64,000 bases of DNA from an uncultured Eubacteriales bacterium. Lineage in GTDB: Bacteria; Bacillota; Clostridia; Christensenellales; CAG-1252. Below the pieces are notes generated by a model. That model had not been told where the DNA came from, did no database searches, and saw only the letters and a list, made by a program, of their open reading frames with translations. This document shows, in pieces, positions 1-10,835 of this stretch. Positions within the stretch are counted from its first letter, which is position 1; the number at the start of each line of letters is the position of its first letter. Made by a program: the position numbers and the translations under genes. The DNA lies in assembly GCA_902797685.1 (NCBI GenBank), contig CADBTQ010000012.1, forward strand, positions 8,753 through 72,752, in the 5' to 3' direction.

Positions 1-1118
1 AACAACTGGTTCATGGTGTCCGCATGGTCCTCACGGGTCTTGTCGTTGCCGATACCTTTGTCTTTAAGACGGCTAAGGGAGGGCAACACGTCGATGGGCG
101 GGTTGACGCCCTTTTTGTACAAGTCGCGCGACAAGATGATCTGCCCCTCGGTGATGTAGCCGGTCAAGTCGGGAATGGGGTGGGTCTTGTCGTCTTCGGG
201 CATGGTAAGGATGGGGATCTGGGTGATACTGCCCTCTTTGCCCTTGATACGACCCGCGCGCTCGTACAGCGTCGCCAAGTCGGTGTACAGGTAGCCGGGA
301 TAGCCGCGACGACCGGGCACCTCTTTGCGGGCGGCGGACACTTCGCGCAACGCCTCGGCGTAGTTGGTGATATCGGTCATGATGACCAACACGTGCATAC
401 CCTTTTCAAACGCCAAATACTCGGCGCAAGTCAACGCCACACGGGGGGTGGAAATACGCTCGATGGCGGGGTCGTTGGCGAGGTTGGTAAACAATACCGT
501 CCTCTCGATCGCGCCCGTCTTGCGGAAGTCGTCGATAAAGAATTGCGCCTCTTCGTAGGTGATACCGATAGCGGCAAACACCACGGCGAATTTGCTGTCT
601 TGATTGAGCACCCGCGCTTGTCTTGCGATCTGCGCCGCCAACTCGGCGTGGGGCAAACCGCTCATACTGAACACGGGCAGTTTTTGACCGCGCACCAAGG
701 TATTAAGACCGTCGATGGCGGAGATACCCGTTTGGATAAACTCGTTGGGATAGTTGCGGCTGGCGGGGTTGATGGGTGCGCCGTTGATGTCCAAGCGTTG
801 CTCGGGCAATATGGGCGCGCCGCCGTCGCGGGGGTTGCCCATACCGTCGAAGACTCTGCCCAACATATCGGTGGACACGTCAAGACGTTGGCTGTGTCCC
901 AAAAAGCGGGCGCGCGCGGTGGCGATCTTGAGCCCTTGGGTATTTTCGAACAACTGCACCACGGCTTTGTCGTCCTTGACTTCCAAGACCTTGCCACGGC
1001 GGATCTCGCCGTTTTGTTGCATCACCTCGACCAATTCGTCGTATTTGACCCCTTGCACGCCCTCGACGAGCATCAAAGGTCCTACTACTTCGCGTATCGT
1101 TTTGTATTCCTTAATCAT
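1..1118 (-). CDS. ntpB: V-type ATP synthase subunit B, N-terminal ~372 codons (gene runs off the left edge)
   Basis: Absent from the ORF track because it is truncated. Hand translation from ATG 1118-1116 gives [32 protein letters not shown]. The same frame near 719 gives [18 protein letters not shown], typical of V/A-ATPase B. RBS GGAGGGG lies upstream and the start overlaps the ntpA stop by 8 nt. Confidence 0.9.
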   Translation of the reverse strand, partial: MIKEYKTIREVVGPLMLVEGVQGVKYDELVEVMQQNGEIRRGKVLEVKDDKAVVQLFENTQGLKIATARARFLGHSQRLDVSTDMLGRVFDGMGNPRDGGAPILPEQRLDINGAPINPASRNYPNEFIQTGISAIDGLNTLVRGQKLPVFSMSGLPHAELAAQIARQARVLNQDSKFAVVFAAIGITYEEAQFFIDDFRKTGAIERTVLFTNLANDPAIERISTPRVALTCAEYLAFEKGMHVLVIMTDITNYAEALREVSAARKEVPGRRGYPGYLYTDLATLYERAGRIKGKEGSITQIPILTMPEDDKTHPIPDLTGYITEGQIILSRDLYKKGVNPPIDVLPSLSRLKDKGIGNDKTREDHADTMNQL

Positions 1119-2877
1119 TGCTTTCCCCTCCGTCGCACAGGGCTTTGAGTTGGGCGCTAAGTTCCGCCGCTACGTCGTCCAAAGTCGCCAATTCCCCTTC
1201 GGGAACGTACTTGGCACGACCGATCTTTTCGCGGGCGGGCACCGACAAAATGTCCTCGAGATCGGCGTAGTTGTCCACCGCTTGGTTGCCCAAGTCGTAG
1301 AACAAATGAATGAGTTTGAGCATCTTGTATTGCTTTTCCAAGCTGGCGAAGGTATCCACCTCGTGGAAAGCGTTTTGGTGCAAGAAGTCCTCGCGGATCA
1401 TCTTGGCGGTCTCCATAGTCATACGGTCGCGGTAACTCAAAGCGTCCATACCCACCAAGCGGACGATCTCCTGCAGGTTGGCTTCCTGTTGCAAAATGTT
1501 CATGGCAAAGGCGCGCATCTCCATAAAGTCGTCGCCCACGTTGCGGTCGAACCAATCCCCCAGTCTATCCGCGTACAAGCTGTAACTGATGAGCCAGTCG
1601 ATGGCGGGGAAGTGACGTTTGTACGCCAGTTGCGCGGACAATCCCCAAAACACCTTGACGATACGCAAAGTGGCTTGGGACACGGGCTCGGACAAATCGC
1701 CTCCGGGAGGGGACACGGCGCCGATAGCGGATACGCTACCGACCACGCCTTCGCTGCCCAGCACCTTGACGATACCCGCGCGCTCGTAGAACTCCGCCAA
1801 ACGGCTGGAAAGATAAGCGGGATAACCTTCGTCGCCCGGCATCTCCTCGAGCCGTCCGCTCATCTCGCGCAACGCTTCCGCCCATCTGGAGGAAGAGTCC
1901 GCCATGATCGCCACGCTGTAACCCATATCGCGGAAGTATTCGGCGATGGTGATACCCGTATAGATACTCGCTTCACGTGCCGCCACGGGCATATCCGAAG
2001 TGTTGGCGATGAGCACCGTGCGCTTCATCAAAGGTTTGCCCGTTTTGGGGTCGAGTAGCGCAGGGAACTCGTTGAGCACGTCGGTCATTTCGTTGCCGCG
2101 CTCGCCGCAGCCCACGTACACGATGATCTGCGCGTCCGCCCACTTGGCAAGCTGGTGTTGCACCACCGTTTTGCCGCTGCCGAAAGGACCGGGCACCGCC
2201 GCCACACCGCCTTTGGCGATGGGGAACAGGGTATCGATGACCCGCTGTCCCGTCACCATGGGTGCGGAGGGAGTCATTTTTTCGAGATAGGGACGAGCGC
2301 GACGCACCGGCCAGCGTTGGAGCATAGCCACTTCGTGGATATCCCCGCCGTCCACCAAAGTCGCCACCGTTTGGGTGATGTTGTAGTCCCCCTCCGAGAT
2401 GGCGTTGACCACGCCTTTGACGCCAAAGGGCACCATGATCTTGTGCAACACGATGGGGGTCTCTTGCACCACGCCCAACACGTCGCCCGCCGCAACCGTT
2501 TCGCCCACGTGCTTGACGGGGACGAAGTGCCACAGTTTGTCATGATCCAAGTTGGTGATCTCCATACCGCGCACGATGCGGTCGCCGTAGCGCTCGGCGA
2601 TCTTGTCAAGGGGACGTTGGATACCGTCGAAGATACCCTCGATCAAACCGGGAGCCAACTCCACGGACAAGGGCATACCCGTGCTGATCACTTGGTCGCC
2701 CACGCCCAATCCCGCGGTCTCCTCGTAGACTTGGATGGAAGCGCGATCCCCTCTTAACTCGATGATCTCGCCGATCAACCCGTCCTTGCCCACTTTGACA
2801 ACGTCGTAGATCTTGGCGTCCGCCATGCCTTCCGCCACGATCAAAGGTCCGGATACTTTTACGATTTTACCAGTCAT
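1111..2877 (-). CDS. ntpA: V-type ATP synthase catalytic subunit A
   Basis: 588-aa ORF beginning [18 protein letters not shown], with Walker [10 protein letters not shown]. It sits between the F and B subunits. Confidence 0.95.
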   Translation of the reverse strand: MTGKIVKVSGPLIVAEGMADAKIYDVVKVGKDGLIGEIIELRGDRASIQVYEETAGLGVGDQVISTGMPLSVELAPGLIEGIFDGIQRPLDKIAERYGDRIVRGMEITNLDHDKLWHFVPVKHVGETVAAGDVLGVVQETPIVLHKIMVPFGVKGVVNAISEGDYNITQTVATLVDGGDIHEVAMLQRWPVRRARPYLEKMTPSAPMVTGQRVIDTLFPIAKGGVAAVPGPFGSGKTVVQHQLAKWADAQIIVYVGCGERGNEMTDVLNEFPALLDPKTGKPLMKRTVLIANTSDMPVAAREASIYTGITIAEYFRDMGYSVAIMADSSSRWAEALREMSGRLEEMPGDEGYPAYLSSRLAEFYERAGIVKVLGSEGVVGSVSAIGAVSPPGGDLSEPVSQATLRIVKVFWGLSAQLAYKRHFPAIDWLISYSLYADRLGDWFDRNVGDDFMEMRAFAMNILQQEANLQEIVRLVGMDALSYRDRMTMETAKMIREDFLHQNAFHEVDTFASLEKQYKMLKLIHLFYDLGNQAVDNYADLEDILSVPAREKIGRAKYVPEGELATLDDVAAELSAQLKALCDGGESND

Positions 2878-3203
2878 TATCTATCCTCTCTTCCAAACAG
2901 AATGTCCACGCCCAAGGCGCGCTCCATCTGTTCCTTCATTTTTTCCTCGGCATAGCCGTTGGAGCCCTCCCCCGTGGGGACGGGCACGATGACGGGATAC
3001 GCGTCCTGCAAAAAGCGCTTGAGCCATTCGTCAAGCTCCTTGCAAAACACGTCCGACACCAATATCACTTTGTATTTTTTGGCGCACTTACGCAAGGTCT
3101 CTTTGGCGGATTGCGCGTCGGAGGCGGTGTAGGTATCCACACCCGCCGCGCGAAACGCCAACACGGCCTCGCCGTCGCCTATGATCGCTACGTTAGAAGC
3201 CAT
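2877..3203 (-). CDS. ntpG: V-type ATP synthase subunit F (NtpG position of the E. hirae operon)
   Basis: 108-aa ORF beginning [22 protein letters not shown], typical of subunit F. Its stop abuts the ntpA start. Confidence 0.85.
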   Translation of the reverse strand: MASNVAIIGDGEAVLAFRAAGVDTYTASDAQSAKETLRKCAKKYKVILVSDVFCKELDEWLKRFLQDAYPVIVPVPTGEGSNGYAEEKMKEQMERALGVDILFGREDR

Positions 3204-4140
3204 ACCCTATCTTCAACCTCGCTTTGATATTGTCTCTGTCCGCGCCCGAACGCTTGCCCGCCATGACGACGCGCACGTTGTCGATCTCGGCGCTTTTGTA
3301 GAGGAAGTACAACACGAAAGGAAGTATTCCCTCGCTTTCGTACCGCTTGGACTCCAAAGAACGCAGTCCAAACGAGCCCGCTTCCTTTTCGAAGGCGACC
3401 AATTGCTCCTTGCCCTCTTTGGCGGCTAACGCCTTGCGGATAAGACCGCCTATGGGATCGTAGGCAAACTTGCGCTCCACCTTGGCTCTATCCGCTTTGG
3501 TGATGAACCGCAAATCCTCTTTGCCGAGCGTGCCCCCCTCGAGGAACAAGGGCTCCTCTTCGCCGGAGCGGATCGCCACCGACAGATTTTTGCCGTCGAT
3601 CTCGGCTTGGATCAACCTTTTGAGAACGCGTGTGCGCACGTAAGAGAGCAAATGCCCGTAGTAGGCGTCGGCAAACAGGGTGCTGATCTTGGCGCCCGTC
3701 GCCTTGTCCTCTTGGTACAGCCCTACCGCCTCTTTGATCGGTTTGGCGAGATAGTCGGGCGTATCGCTCTTATCTCCCGCCACCGCCTTGCGGATCTCCT
3801 CCACCTTGACCTTGCCCTCGGGAAGGTAAGGCAACTCGATCCCTTCAAGATGCGCGTTGCGTGTAGAAACCTCGGCGTTGAAAAAGTCGTAAGAGTCCAA
3901 CACCCAGCAAAGGGTCTCGTCGGTGGGGGCGAAGTCTTTGACGAACTGCACCAACTTCTCCCTCTCGGTGGAGATCGCGGTGCGGTAATCCTCCCCCTCT
4001 ACTTGATAACCCCACTCGCCCAAAAGCCTAAGGCAATCGGCGTAGTCCGAGTCCAAAAGACGGCTGAGTTTGTCCCCGCCCAACAAAGTCGACTCTCTCG
4101 AGCGACATATCGCATTGACGTAAGTCTTATCCCTTGCCAT
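3193..4140 (-). CDS. ntpC: V-type ATP synthase subunit C (d-like)
   Basis: 315-aa ORF of the size and operon position of subunit C, overlapping both neighbours. Confidence 0.8.
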   Translation of the reverse strand: MARDKTYVNAICRSRESTLLGGDKLSRLLDSDYADCLRLLGEWGYQVEGEDYRTAISTEREKLVQFVKDFAPTDETLCWVLDSYDFFNAEVSTRNAHLEGIELPYLPEGKVKVEEIRKAVAGDKSDTPDYLAKPIKEAVGLYQEDKATGAKISTLFADAYYGHLLSYVRTRVLKRLIQAEIDGKNLSVAIRSGEEEPLFLEGGTLGKEDLRFITKADRAKVERKFAYDPIGGLIRKALAAKEGKEQLVAFEKEAGSFGLRSLESKRYESEGILPFVLYFLYKSAEIDNVRVVMAGKRSGADRDNIKARLKIGYGF

Positions 4141-4712
4141 CAGTCAAACAACCTCTTAGACAGTTGCATCTCCGACTTCTCCTGCACCTCTTTGACCAAG
4201 GCGTCGTAAGAAAAGTCGCGCCGAAATCCCGCGCTCTCCAACACGAATCCGTTGGGGACTTCCTTATCCAATTTGACGGTAAGACCCCGCTCTTTGCAGA
4301 CGGGTAGGGTCGAAACCTCGTACAGTTCCGCTTTGCCGCCGTCCGCCAAAAGCACGACGTCTCCTTTGTCCGCATAGCGGACGAGAAGGGAATCGATCAA
4401 AGAAAGGGTGGCTTTGGGGTCGAGCGCCAAAAGTTTGTCCATCACCTTGCGGTAAACTCGGGACAAGATATCCCTTTTGGCGTCCAACAAGATCTTGCGT
4501 GCCTCCAAATTGGCGTCGATACGCCGTTTGGCACACAAGTCCTCCTCCGCTATCTTTGCCTTGCGCTCCAACTCGGCACGGTAGGAAGCCAACGCTTGTT
4601 CGGTCTCCTCTCTCTTTTGGTCGGCATAAGATAGGGCGCTCTCTTTGATGGTCTCCACTTCCGCCTGTGATTGGTCGGTGATAGCGGATAACAACGATTC
4701 GAGACCTTCCAT
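4140..4712 (-). CDS. ntpE: V-type ATP synthase subunit E (peripheral stalk)
   Basis: 190 aa with a charged, coiled-coil-like N-terminal half (EETEQALASYRAELERKAKIAEED), in the expected operon position. Confidence 0.8.
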   Translation of the reverse strand: MEGLESLLSAITDQSQAEVETIKESALSYADQKREETEQALASYRAELERKAKIAEEDLCAKRRIDANLEARKILLDAKRDILSRVYRKVMDKLLALDPKATLSLIDSLLVRYADKGDVVLLADGGKAELYEVSTLPVCKERGLTVKLDKEVPNGFVLESAGFRRDFSYDALVKEVQEKSEMQLSKRLFD

Positions 4713-4713
4713 A

Positions 4714-5148
4714 TTACATCATGATGCCCAACACCAGAGCCAAGATCGCGTAGAACTCGATCATCGCGGGGAACAGCATGTACTTACCGCTGCCCTCGTC
4801 GTTTTTGCCCACGGCGTAAATACAGCTTGCCGAAGTTTTGCCCTGCAACACGGCAGAAGCCAAACCCGAGATGCCCAAAGCGATCCCCGCCGCAAACATG
4901 ATCCAACCCGAGGTCATATTGTCGATCGCCTTCATCGCGGACAGTTTCATGACCGCCAAAACGAAGCCGTAGATACCTTGGGTAGCAGGCAACAGGGACA
5001 ACACGATGACTTTAGAGAACTTTTTGTTGTCCTCCGCCAACACGCCGGCGGCTGCCGAACCGGTCTTGTACAGACCGAAAGCAGAGCCGATGCCGCACAG
5101 GAACATACAAATCGCCAAGCCGATTGCACCTAAAGATTGTCCATCCAT
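4714..5148 (-). CDS. ntpK: V-type ATP synthase subunit K (proteolipid, 4-TM duplicated c subunit)
   Basis: 144-aa hydrophobic ORF. The motifs LLPATQGIYGF, LQGK and MIEFYAIL align with E. hirae NtpK LLPGTQGLYGF, AQGK and MVETYAIL. Confidence 0.9.
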   Translation of the reverse strand: MDGQSLGAIGLAICMFLCGIGSAFGLYKTGSAAAGVLAEDNKKFSKVIVLSLLPATQGIYGFVLAVMKLSAMKAIDNMTSGWIMFAAGIALGISGLASAVLQGKTSASCIYAVGKNDEGSGKYMLFPAMIEFYAILALVLGIMM

Positions 5149-5196
5149 ATTAGTTTTCCTCCAATTTTACTCGTCGAGGACTCCCCCGACGGTTGT

Positions 5197-7185
5197 TTAC
5201 TTATCGATATAGACGTGCTTGTGCACGCTGCCCAAGGGACGGAAGAGTTCCCCTTCCCCCTCGTAGAACTTGCCGAAGAACTCCACGTATTGCAGACGGC
5301 TGTCGTGGATATAGGCGCCCAACAAACTGATCGCCAAGTTGAACACGCCGCCCGCCACGATGAGAATGACGCCGAAGATAACGCCCACGGGTCCTTTGGG
5401 GAACAGCAAGCCGATGGCTAAGGTGTTGGTAAAGATGTTGGCGATCTGCGCGCCCGACAACATAAGACCGTAAAGACGAGCGTAGGACAAAATGTCGCTG
5501 ACGTAGTTGATCAAGCCGTACAGCGAGCCGCCCACTTTGGTGATCTTGCCAAAGCCCTTGGCGGTGATACCCGCCGTCAGCACGCCCAAACCGATCAAAC
5601 CGATGGTGACGTACATGGCGATAGGCGCCCACGAATAGTTTTTGGCGGTGGCGAACACCCACACGCACATGGCGGTCAAGCCCCAACTCCATACCAAGCC
5701 GCCAAAGATACCGTCGAGGATCTGTTTGCGTCTGAAGTGTTGGATGGCTTTGAGCAATAGTCCCGCCGCGATGTGCAAAACGCCGAGCCCCAAGCACCAC
5801 AGCAAAATACTGGGTACGGTGATGCCCATGACCGAAGCGGATACGTTGATGGCGTCGATATGCGCGTTGTAGAAGTCGTTGTATCCCTCTCCCGCCACCG
5901 TGCGCAGCAAGGGGAAGCCCCACCAGCTGTCGAACAGCGCGCCGAAGAGGACGGCGAAAAACCCGCCGAAGGCGAATACCTTAGACAGGCGATAGATACC
6001 CGTGCCGGGGCGACGGGTGCGAGCGAGCAAAAAGCCGCCCAAGATCATGGCGAGTCCGTAGCCCAAGTCCCCCATGATGAGTCCCATAAAGAGGGAGAAG
6101 AAAAAGCTCATCACGCCGTTGGGGTCCAAAGCGCCGTAAGCGGGCACCGAATACATATCCGTCACCGCTTGGAAGTTGGACACCACTTTGTTGTTGATCT
6201 CCAAAGTGGGCGCGAACTGATCGCGCGGAATGGGCGAAGTCTCCAACACGTAGGCGGAGGTATAGGCAGACACCGCCTGTTTGACCTCGTCCACTTTGTC
6301 GGTGGGAACGTACCCCTCCAAAATAAACGCCGAAGCGGTGTACATCATCTCGGACGCACACTTTTCCTTTTCGGCGACGAAAAGCAAATAATCTTCGTAG
6401 ACTTTGAGTAGTTTGGCGTCTTCCGCACGAGCCCACACTTCCTCGTGAGCGGCGGCGATAAGACCGTCCTTTTGCTCGATCTCGCACTTGAGATCGTCCA
6501 CCACCTCTTGGGCTGTCTTGTCCTCGTGATAGGGACAGGCGACGAAGCCCGAGTGGGACAGGACGGATTGCACCGAGTCGAGAGCGTCACGGTGGGCGAC
6601 GACCGATACGACGGTGCCCTCTTTGCCGACGCCAAAACTCTCCCAAACGCAAAGGGAGACCCCTTCGATCTCTTGGGTAAACAGTTTGATCTTGTCCGAT
6701 GGGACGGTACCCAAATAGGTTTTGCAAGTGGCGGTATCCGCAAAGCGAGCGAAACTGAACGGTACCGAAAGATAGTTTTGATAAGCGCCCAAGCGTGCCA
6801 GCAAATTGTTGCGAGCGCGAACGGCTTCGTTCTCCTTCTCCTTTTGCTCCTCCAACCACGCCATCACTTCTTCGGCTTTGGCGCGGGAAGAACCCATAGC
6901 GAAGAACTCCTCTCTCCCTACCGAGAAGCCGTCTTTGACCACGCCGTCCTTTTTGACGTCCTTGGGGGCTAGAGCCAAGACCGAATTGAGATACTCCAAC
7001 GCTTTGGCGCAGCGATCCACGCGGGCTAAGGTGTCGGTGGCGGTCTCTTCCGGACTAAAAGCGGGCTCGAGCGGAGAGGTCTTTTTGACCTGCACCGCAC
7101 CCGTCCCCGATAAGACGTCCAACAATGCGTCACGATCCCGTCCCAAACCGATGAGGGACAGGCTGCTCATTTCAGCGATCGCCAT
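5197..7185 (-). CDS. ntpI: V-type ATP synthase subunit I (a-like stator)
   Basis: 662 aa with a soluble N-terminal half and a polytopic C-terminal half, in the expected operon position. Confidence 0.9.
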   Translation of the reverse strand: MAIAEMSSLSLIGLGRDRDALLDVLSGTGAVQVKKTSPLEPAFSPEETATDTLARVDRCAKALEYLNSVLALAPKDVKKDGVVKDGFSVGREEFFAMGSSRAKAEEVMAWLEEQKEKENEAVRARNNLLARLGAYQNYLSVPFSFARFADTATCKTYLGTVPSDKIKLFTQEIEGVSLCVWESFGVGKEGTVVSVVAHRDALDSVQSVLSHSGFVACPYHEDKTAQEVVDDLKCEIEQKDGLIAAAHEEVWARAEDAKLLKVYEDYLLFVAEKEKCASEMMYTASAFILEGYVPTDKVDEVKQAVSAYTSAYVLETSPIPRDQFAPTLEINNKVVSNFQAVTDMYSVPAYGALDPNGVMSFFFSLFMGLIMGDLGYGLAMILGGFLLARTRRPGTGIYRLSKVFAFGGFFAVLFGALFDSWWGFPLLRTVAGEGYNDFYNAHIDAINVSASVMGITVPSILLWCLGLGVLHIAAGLLLKAIQHFRRKQILDGIFGGLVWSWGLTAMCVWVFATAKNYSWAPIAMYVTIGLIGLGVLTAGITAKGFGKITKVGGSLYGLINYVSDILSYARLYGLMLSGAQIANIFTNTLAIGLLFPKGPVGVIFGVILIVAGGVFNLAISLLGAYIHDSRLQYVEFFGKFYEGEGELFRPLGSVHKHVYIDK

Positions 7186-7492
7186 GAATGATCTCCTCTA
7201 CCAGTTCGTTTGCCAAGCCGTCCAAAGAAGGCTCCAATCGAGACGCCAACAAGTCGGCGGCTTTGGTCGCTTCGGCTACGATGTCACGATATTGGTTATC
7301 CGCTTTGAGGGTGGCTTGCTCCATCACCCCCGCCATGTAGGCTTTGCCCTGCTCTTTGGCTTGGCGCACCTTGTCGGCGGTGGCAAGATCGACCTCTCCA
7401 CGAGAGGCTTGCGCGGCTTCCTGCGCCGCCCTTACCGCCTCTTTGGCTTGGTCTTCACAGCTCTTGATCTCGGATAACGCTTGCTCAATCAT
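7172..7492 (-). CDS. ntpF: V-type ATP synthase small stalk subunit (G/H-like; NtpF position)
   Basis: 106-aa highly charged helical ORF (AKEAVRAAQEAAQASRGEV). It is the first gene of the operon and overlaps ntpI by 14 nt. Confidence 0.7.
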   Translation of the reverse strand: MIEQALSEIKSCEDQAKEAVRAAQEAAQASRGEVDLATADKVRQAKEQGKAYMAGVMEQATLKADNQYRDIVAEATKAADLLASRLEPSLDGLANELVEEIIHGDR

Positions 7493-7531
7493 ATTATCTC
7501 TCCTAAGCGCGCTAGCGCAATACTAATAATA

Positions 7532-7561
7532 ATTGTATCATAGACGAAATAGGCTTGTCAA
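7532..7561 (-). promoter_or_regulatory. Candidate sigma-A promoter of the V-ATPase operon
   Basis: The minus strand reads TTGACA (7561-7556), an 18-nt spacer, then TGaTACAAT (extended -10, hexamer 7537-7532), about 40 nt upstream of the ntpF start. Confidence 0.45.
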
Positions 7562-7573
7562 TACGCCGTAACG

Positions 7574-8248
7574 TCATTCCTTTTCGTCGATGGCGGCGCT
7601 GAGACGGCTCATGCCTTCGTTACGACCCGCCAAATAGAGGATGTCGCCCGAGGAAAAAACGTAATCGGGCATAATGTTGTCCAATACGCCGTCCACCCGC
7701 TCGATGGCGATGATGTTGAGTCCGTAATTTTCGCGGAAGTTGACCTCGAGCACCGTCTTACCTACGTAGGAAGCGGGCACTTCCAACTTGCTGATGTTGA
7801 TCTGCTCGGACAGTTGCACCACGTCCAATACGCCGCTGTTTTCCAACATGGTCGCAAGGCGTACCGCCATATCCCTCTCGGGGAAGACCACTTCGGCACC
7901 CAACCTTGCCAAGATCTTGCCGTGCATACGGTTGTCCGCCTTGGCGATCACGCGGGGGACGCCCAAATTGATGATCTGCAAGGTGGTCAAGATGGACAGA
8001 TCGATGGCTTCGGACAGACAGACCATCACCACGTCGCAACGCTTGATCCCCGCCTCGACCAACGACTTTTCGTCGATAGAGGGGCAAAACAGGGCGTGCG
8101 GGGTAAAATCTCTTGCGACCGACACCCTTTCTTCGTCGCGGTCGATCGCCAAGATGTCCGCGCCCAAAAGTGACAACTCCTGCACCACTTGCATACCGAA
8201 GCGCCCCAAACCTACGACGCCGTATTTGGTCTTGTTTTTGCGTTTCAT
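7574..8248 (-). CDS. ktrA: Trk/Ktr potassium uptake system, NAD-binding RCK subunit
   Basis: 224 aa with the Rossmann motif GVVGLGRFGMQVV and a C-terminal RCK_C-like half. It pairs with the adjacent TrkH/KtrB gene. Confidence 0.85.
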   Translation of the reverse strand: MKRKNKTKYGVVGLGRFGMQVVQELSLLGADILAIDRDEERVSVARDFTPHALFCPSIDEKSLVEAGIKRCDVVMVCLSEAIDLSILTTLQIINLGVPRVIAKADNRMHGKILARLGAEVVFPERDMAVRLATMLENSGVLDVVQLSEQINISKLEVPASYVGKTVLEVNFRENYGLNIIAIERVDGVLDNIMPDYVFSSGDILYLAGRNEGMSRLSAAIDEKE

Positions 8249-8257
8249 ACTCTCTCC

Positions 8258-9592
8258 TTAACCGACGGTGATATCACCCTCGGGATAGTGGACTCTCTGC
8301 CCTTCCGACTGGTACCACATAGTGGCGACCGTCATGGGACCCACACGACCCACAAACATCAATGCGATCAACAGCAATCTACTGCCCACCCCGAGCGAAG
8401 CGGTGATACCCGTGCTCATACCCACGGTGCCCGCCGCCGAGATGCACTCGAACGCCACGTCCCGCATGGGGATCGCAGGCTCCATGATCGACATGAGCAT
8501 GATGCCCAACAGATCGGTCATCAGCATCAACACCAACGCCACCGACGCCTTACGATAGGTCTCGCTCGAGACGGTGTAGTGGAAGGCGTGACTGTTTTTG
8601 TTGAACGAATACGACCACACCCGCATACCCAATACGAATAGCGTGGTGGTACGGATACCGCCCGAAGTGGATCCCGGGGCGCATCCCACGAACATCCAAA
8701 TATAGATCACCATGATGGCGGCGTTGGAAAAGGTACTCAGATCGAAGGTCGTAAAACCGCCCATACGGCTGGACTGGGCTTGGAAGAAGGCGCCAAGCCA
8801 GGAGACGTTGCCGTACTGGGTGACTTTGATCAACACCATACCCACGGCAGCCAAAAGACCTTCCATCAGCAAGACCACCTTGCTGTGCATACTCATCTTG
8901 CGCCAGTTGAGGCGGGTATCCACCATCTCGCGAATGACCAAAAAGCCCAAGCCGCCCACGAACATGATGGCGACGGTGATCAAATTGAGCGCCACGTTGT
9001 CGCGATAGGCGAACAAACTATTGCCCCCCAAAGCGTCCATGCCCGCGTTGTTGAAAGCGGCGATGGTATGGAAAAAACTCAACCCGACCGCTTGGGCGAC
9101 CGGGTAATCCTGTACGAACACCCAAAACGAGGCGAACGCACCCGTGATCTCGATGGAAAAGGTGGTGACGAACACGGCACGCACGAAGCGCACGATGCTC
9201 TTGCGGCTGTTGAGATTCATGCTCTCGGCAAAGACGATACTCTCCGAAAGACTCATCTTGCGGCGCATCATGATCGCCATCAGTGCGCCGAACGCCATCA
9301 CACCGATACCGCCGATCTGCATGAGGATCGCCAACACGACCAACCCAAATACCGAAAAGGTCTCCCCCACGTTGACAACCCCCAACCCCGTGGTGGTGGA
9401 AGCGGAAGCCGAAGTAAACAAAGCGGTCAGATAATCGATGGAGTGCCCCTCTTTGGTGGCGAAAGGCATCGACAACAGAGCCGACCCCAACAAAATGAGA
9501 ATGGCAAAACTCACCGCGATCACTCTTGCGGGCGGTTGGTGGCGAAGCTTGCGCTTGATATTGAGCAATTTTTGTTGGGTCTCGGTTTTCAT
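8258..9592 (-). CDS. ktrB: TrkH/KtrB-family potassium transporter membrane subunit
   Basis: 444-aa polytopic protein with repeated M1-P-M2-type segments carrying G-rich selectivity loops (TTTGLG, NNAGMD, RMGGFT, STSGGIR). Confidence 0.85.
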   Translation of the reverse strand: MKTETQQKLLNIKRKLRHQPPARVIAVSFAILILLGSALLSMPFATKEGHSIDYLTALFTSASASTTTGLGVVNVGETFSVFGLVVLAILMQIGGIGVMAFGALMAIMMRRKMSLSESIVFAESMNLNSRKSIVRFVRAVFVTTFSIEITGAFASFWVFVQDYPVAQAVGLSFFHTIAAFNNAGMDALGGNSLFAYRDNVALNLITVAIMFVGGLGFLVIREMVDTRLNWRKMSMHSKVVLLMEGLLAAVGMVLIKVTQYGNVSWLGAFFQAQSSRMGGFTTFDLSTFSNAAIMVIYIWMFVGCAPGSTSGGIRTTTLFVLGMRVWSYSFNKNSHAFHYTVSSETYRKASVALVLMLMTDLLGIMLMSIMEPAIPMRDVAFECISAAGTVGMSTGITASLGVGSRLLLIALMFVGRVGPMTVATMWYQSEGQRVHYPEGDITVG

Positions 9593-9620
9593 GCCCTACT
9601 ATTATGACACAAAAGTTTGA

Positions 9621-10835
9621 CTATGTCAAATGACAAAACGCAAAGGCAGAGCGGCCTGCGACGATCCCGCTCGTCCACGCCCAATGGAGATTGAAGCCGC
9701 CGCAAACTCCGGTGACGTCCAACACCTCTCCCGCAAAAAACAATCCGGGGTGGGTCTTGCTTTCCATATTGGGGTAGACCGAGGACAGCTTTACCCCGCC
9801 CAACGCCACTTGCGCGTGGTCAAACCCGGTCGTACCGGTCACTCCAAACGACCAATTTTTGGCTCTATGAGCCAAAGCGCGGATTTGATCGGGGGTCAGA
9901 TCGGCAAGTCCTTGGGACAAACCGATCCCTTCCTCTTTGAGAAGAGTATAAGCGATGGGCTTGTCGCAAAGTCCCACGAACAACTTGTCCGCGTCTCCCT
10001 TTCGGCGCATAGACAGCATACGATACAGTTCCTCTTCGGACAAAGTAGGAAATAGGTCTAACGATATATGGGGGCGGCGCGCGATGGGTATAGACAAACT
10101 CAACTGCATGACGGCGATACCGCTCAACGTCCCTTCGCCAAACAGCACCTCGCCCTTCTCCCGAGCGATGGGGGCGTCCCCGTCGAAGAGGGTCAGATCG
10201 GCAAACGTCCTTACCCCTTTGAGAGAAAAGTATTTTTTGTCCGTTTTGAGGGGACACAGCGCGGGAAGGAAAGGTCTGACCTCGGCGAGTGCGGCAAGCC
10301 ACGGGTTGTCCCTTCCGCCGATCGTCGGGGACGCGGGCGAGCCCACCGCCACCACGACCGCACGGGCAAAGACCGAGCCGATAGCGCAGCGCACCACGTA
10401 CCCGCCTTTGGTGGGCAAAACCTCTTTGACTTCGTCCGTCATGCGCGCTACTCCCAACTCGTCCGCTTTGAGATAGAGCGCGTCGGTGACCGAGGCGGCG
10501 CGATTGGACCAAGGATAGACTCTCCCCTCGTCGTCCGGTTGGGTCAAGACCCCCAAGTCGGCAAAAAACAAGGGTACCGCCTGCGGATCGGCGGACAGGA
10601 CGGCGCCAAGCGTAGCGGGATCGTCCGTACGGTAGCAGTCCACGCCCACGTGCAAATTGGACAAATTGCAACGCCCGTTGCCGCTTGCCGACACCTTGCG
10701 GGCGGTCTTGGCGGAAGCGTCCAACAACAACGTCTCCGCGCCCTTTTGCCTTGCCGTAACGGCGGCGGCGTATCCCGAGGCGCCCGCCCCTATGACTACC
10801 ACGTCCCACGTTTTACTCACTTTGTTTCTCCTCAT
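9621..10835 (-). CDS. HI0933/BaiN-family NAD(P)/FAD-dependent oxidoreductase
   Basis: 404 aa with the N-terminal dinucleotide fold DVVVIGAGASGYAAA and the family signature SGNGRCNLSN. An alternative GTG start at 10820 is preceded by AGGAGA. Confidence 0.8.
   Translation of the reverse strand: MRRNKVSKTWDVVVIGAGASGYAAAVTARQKGAETLLLDASAKTARKVSASGNGRCNLSNLHVGVDCYRTDDPATLGAVLSADPQAVPLFFADLGVLTQPDDEGRVYPWSNRAASVTDALYLKADELGVARMTDEVKEVLPTKGGYVVRCAIGSVFARAVVVAVGSPASPTIGGRDNPWLAALAEVRPFLPALCPLKTDKKYFSLKGVRTFADLTLFDGDAPIAREKGEVLFGEGTLSGIAVMQLSLSIPIARRPHISLDLFPTLSEEELYRMLSMRRKGDADKLFVGLCDKPIAYTLLKEEGIGLSQGLADLTPDQIRALAHRAKNWSFGVTGTTGFDHAQVALGGVKLSSVYPNMESKTHPGLFFAGEVLDVTGVCGGFNLHWAWTSGIVAGRSAFAFCHLT

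Noticed and set aside
24-2058. Long plus-strand ORFs (24..1148, 374 aa; 754..2058, 434 aa) overlapping the V-ATPase A/B genes
   Set aside because: They are antisense to ORFs with unmistakable ATPase motifs. Their translations are Gly/Val/His/Arg-rich and low in complexity, as expected for open antisense frames in GC3-rich genes, and they have no RBS.
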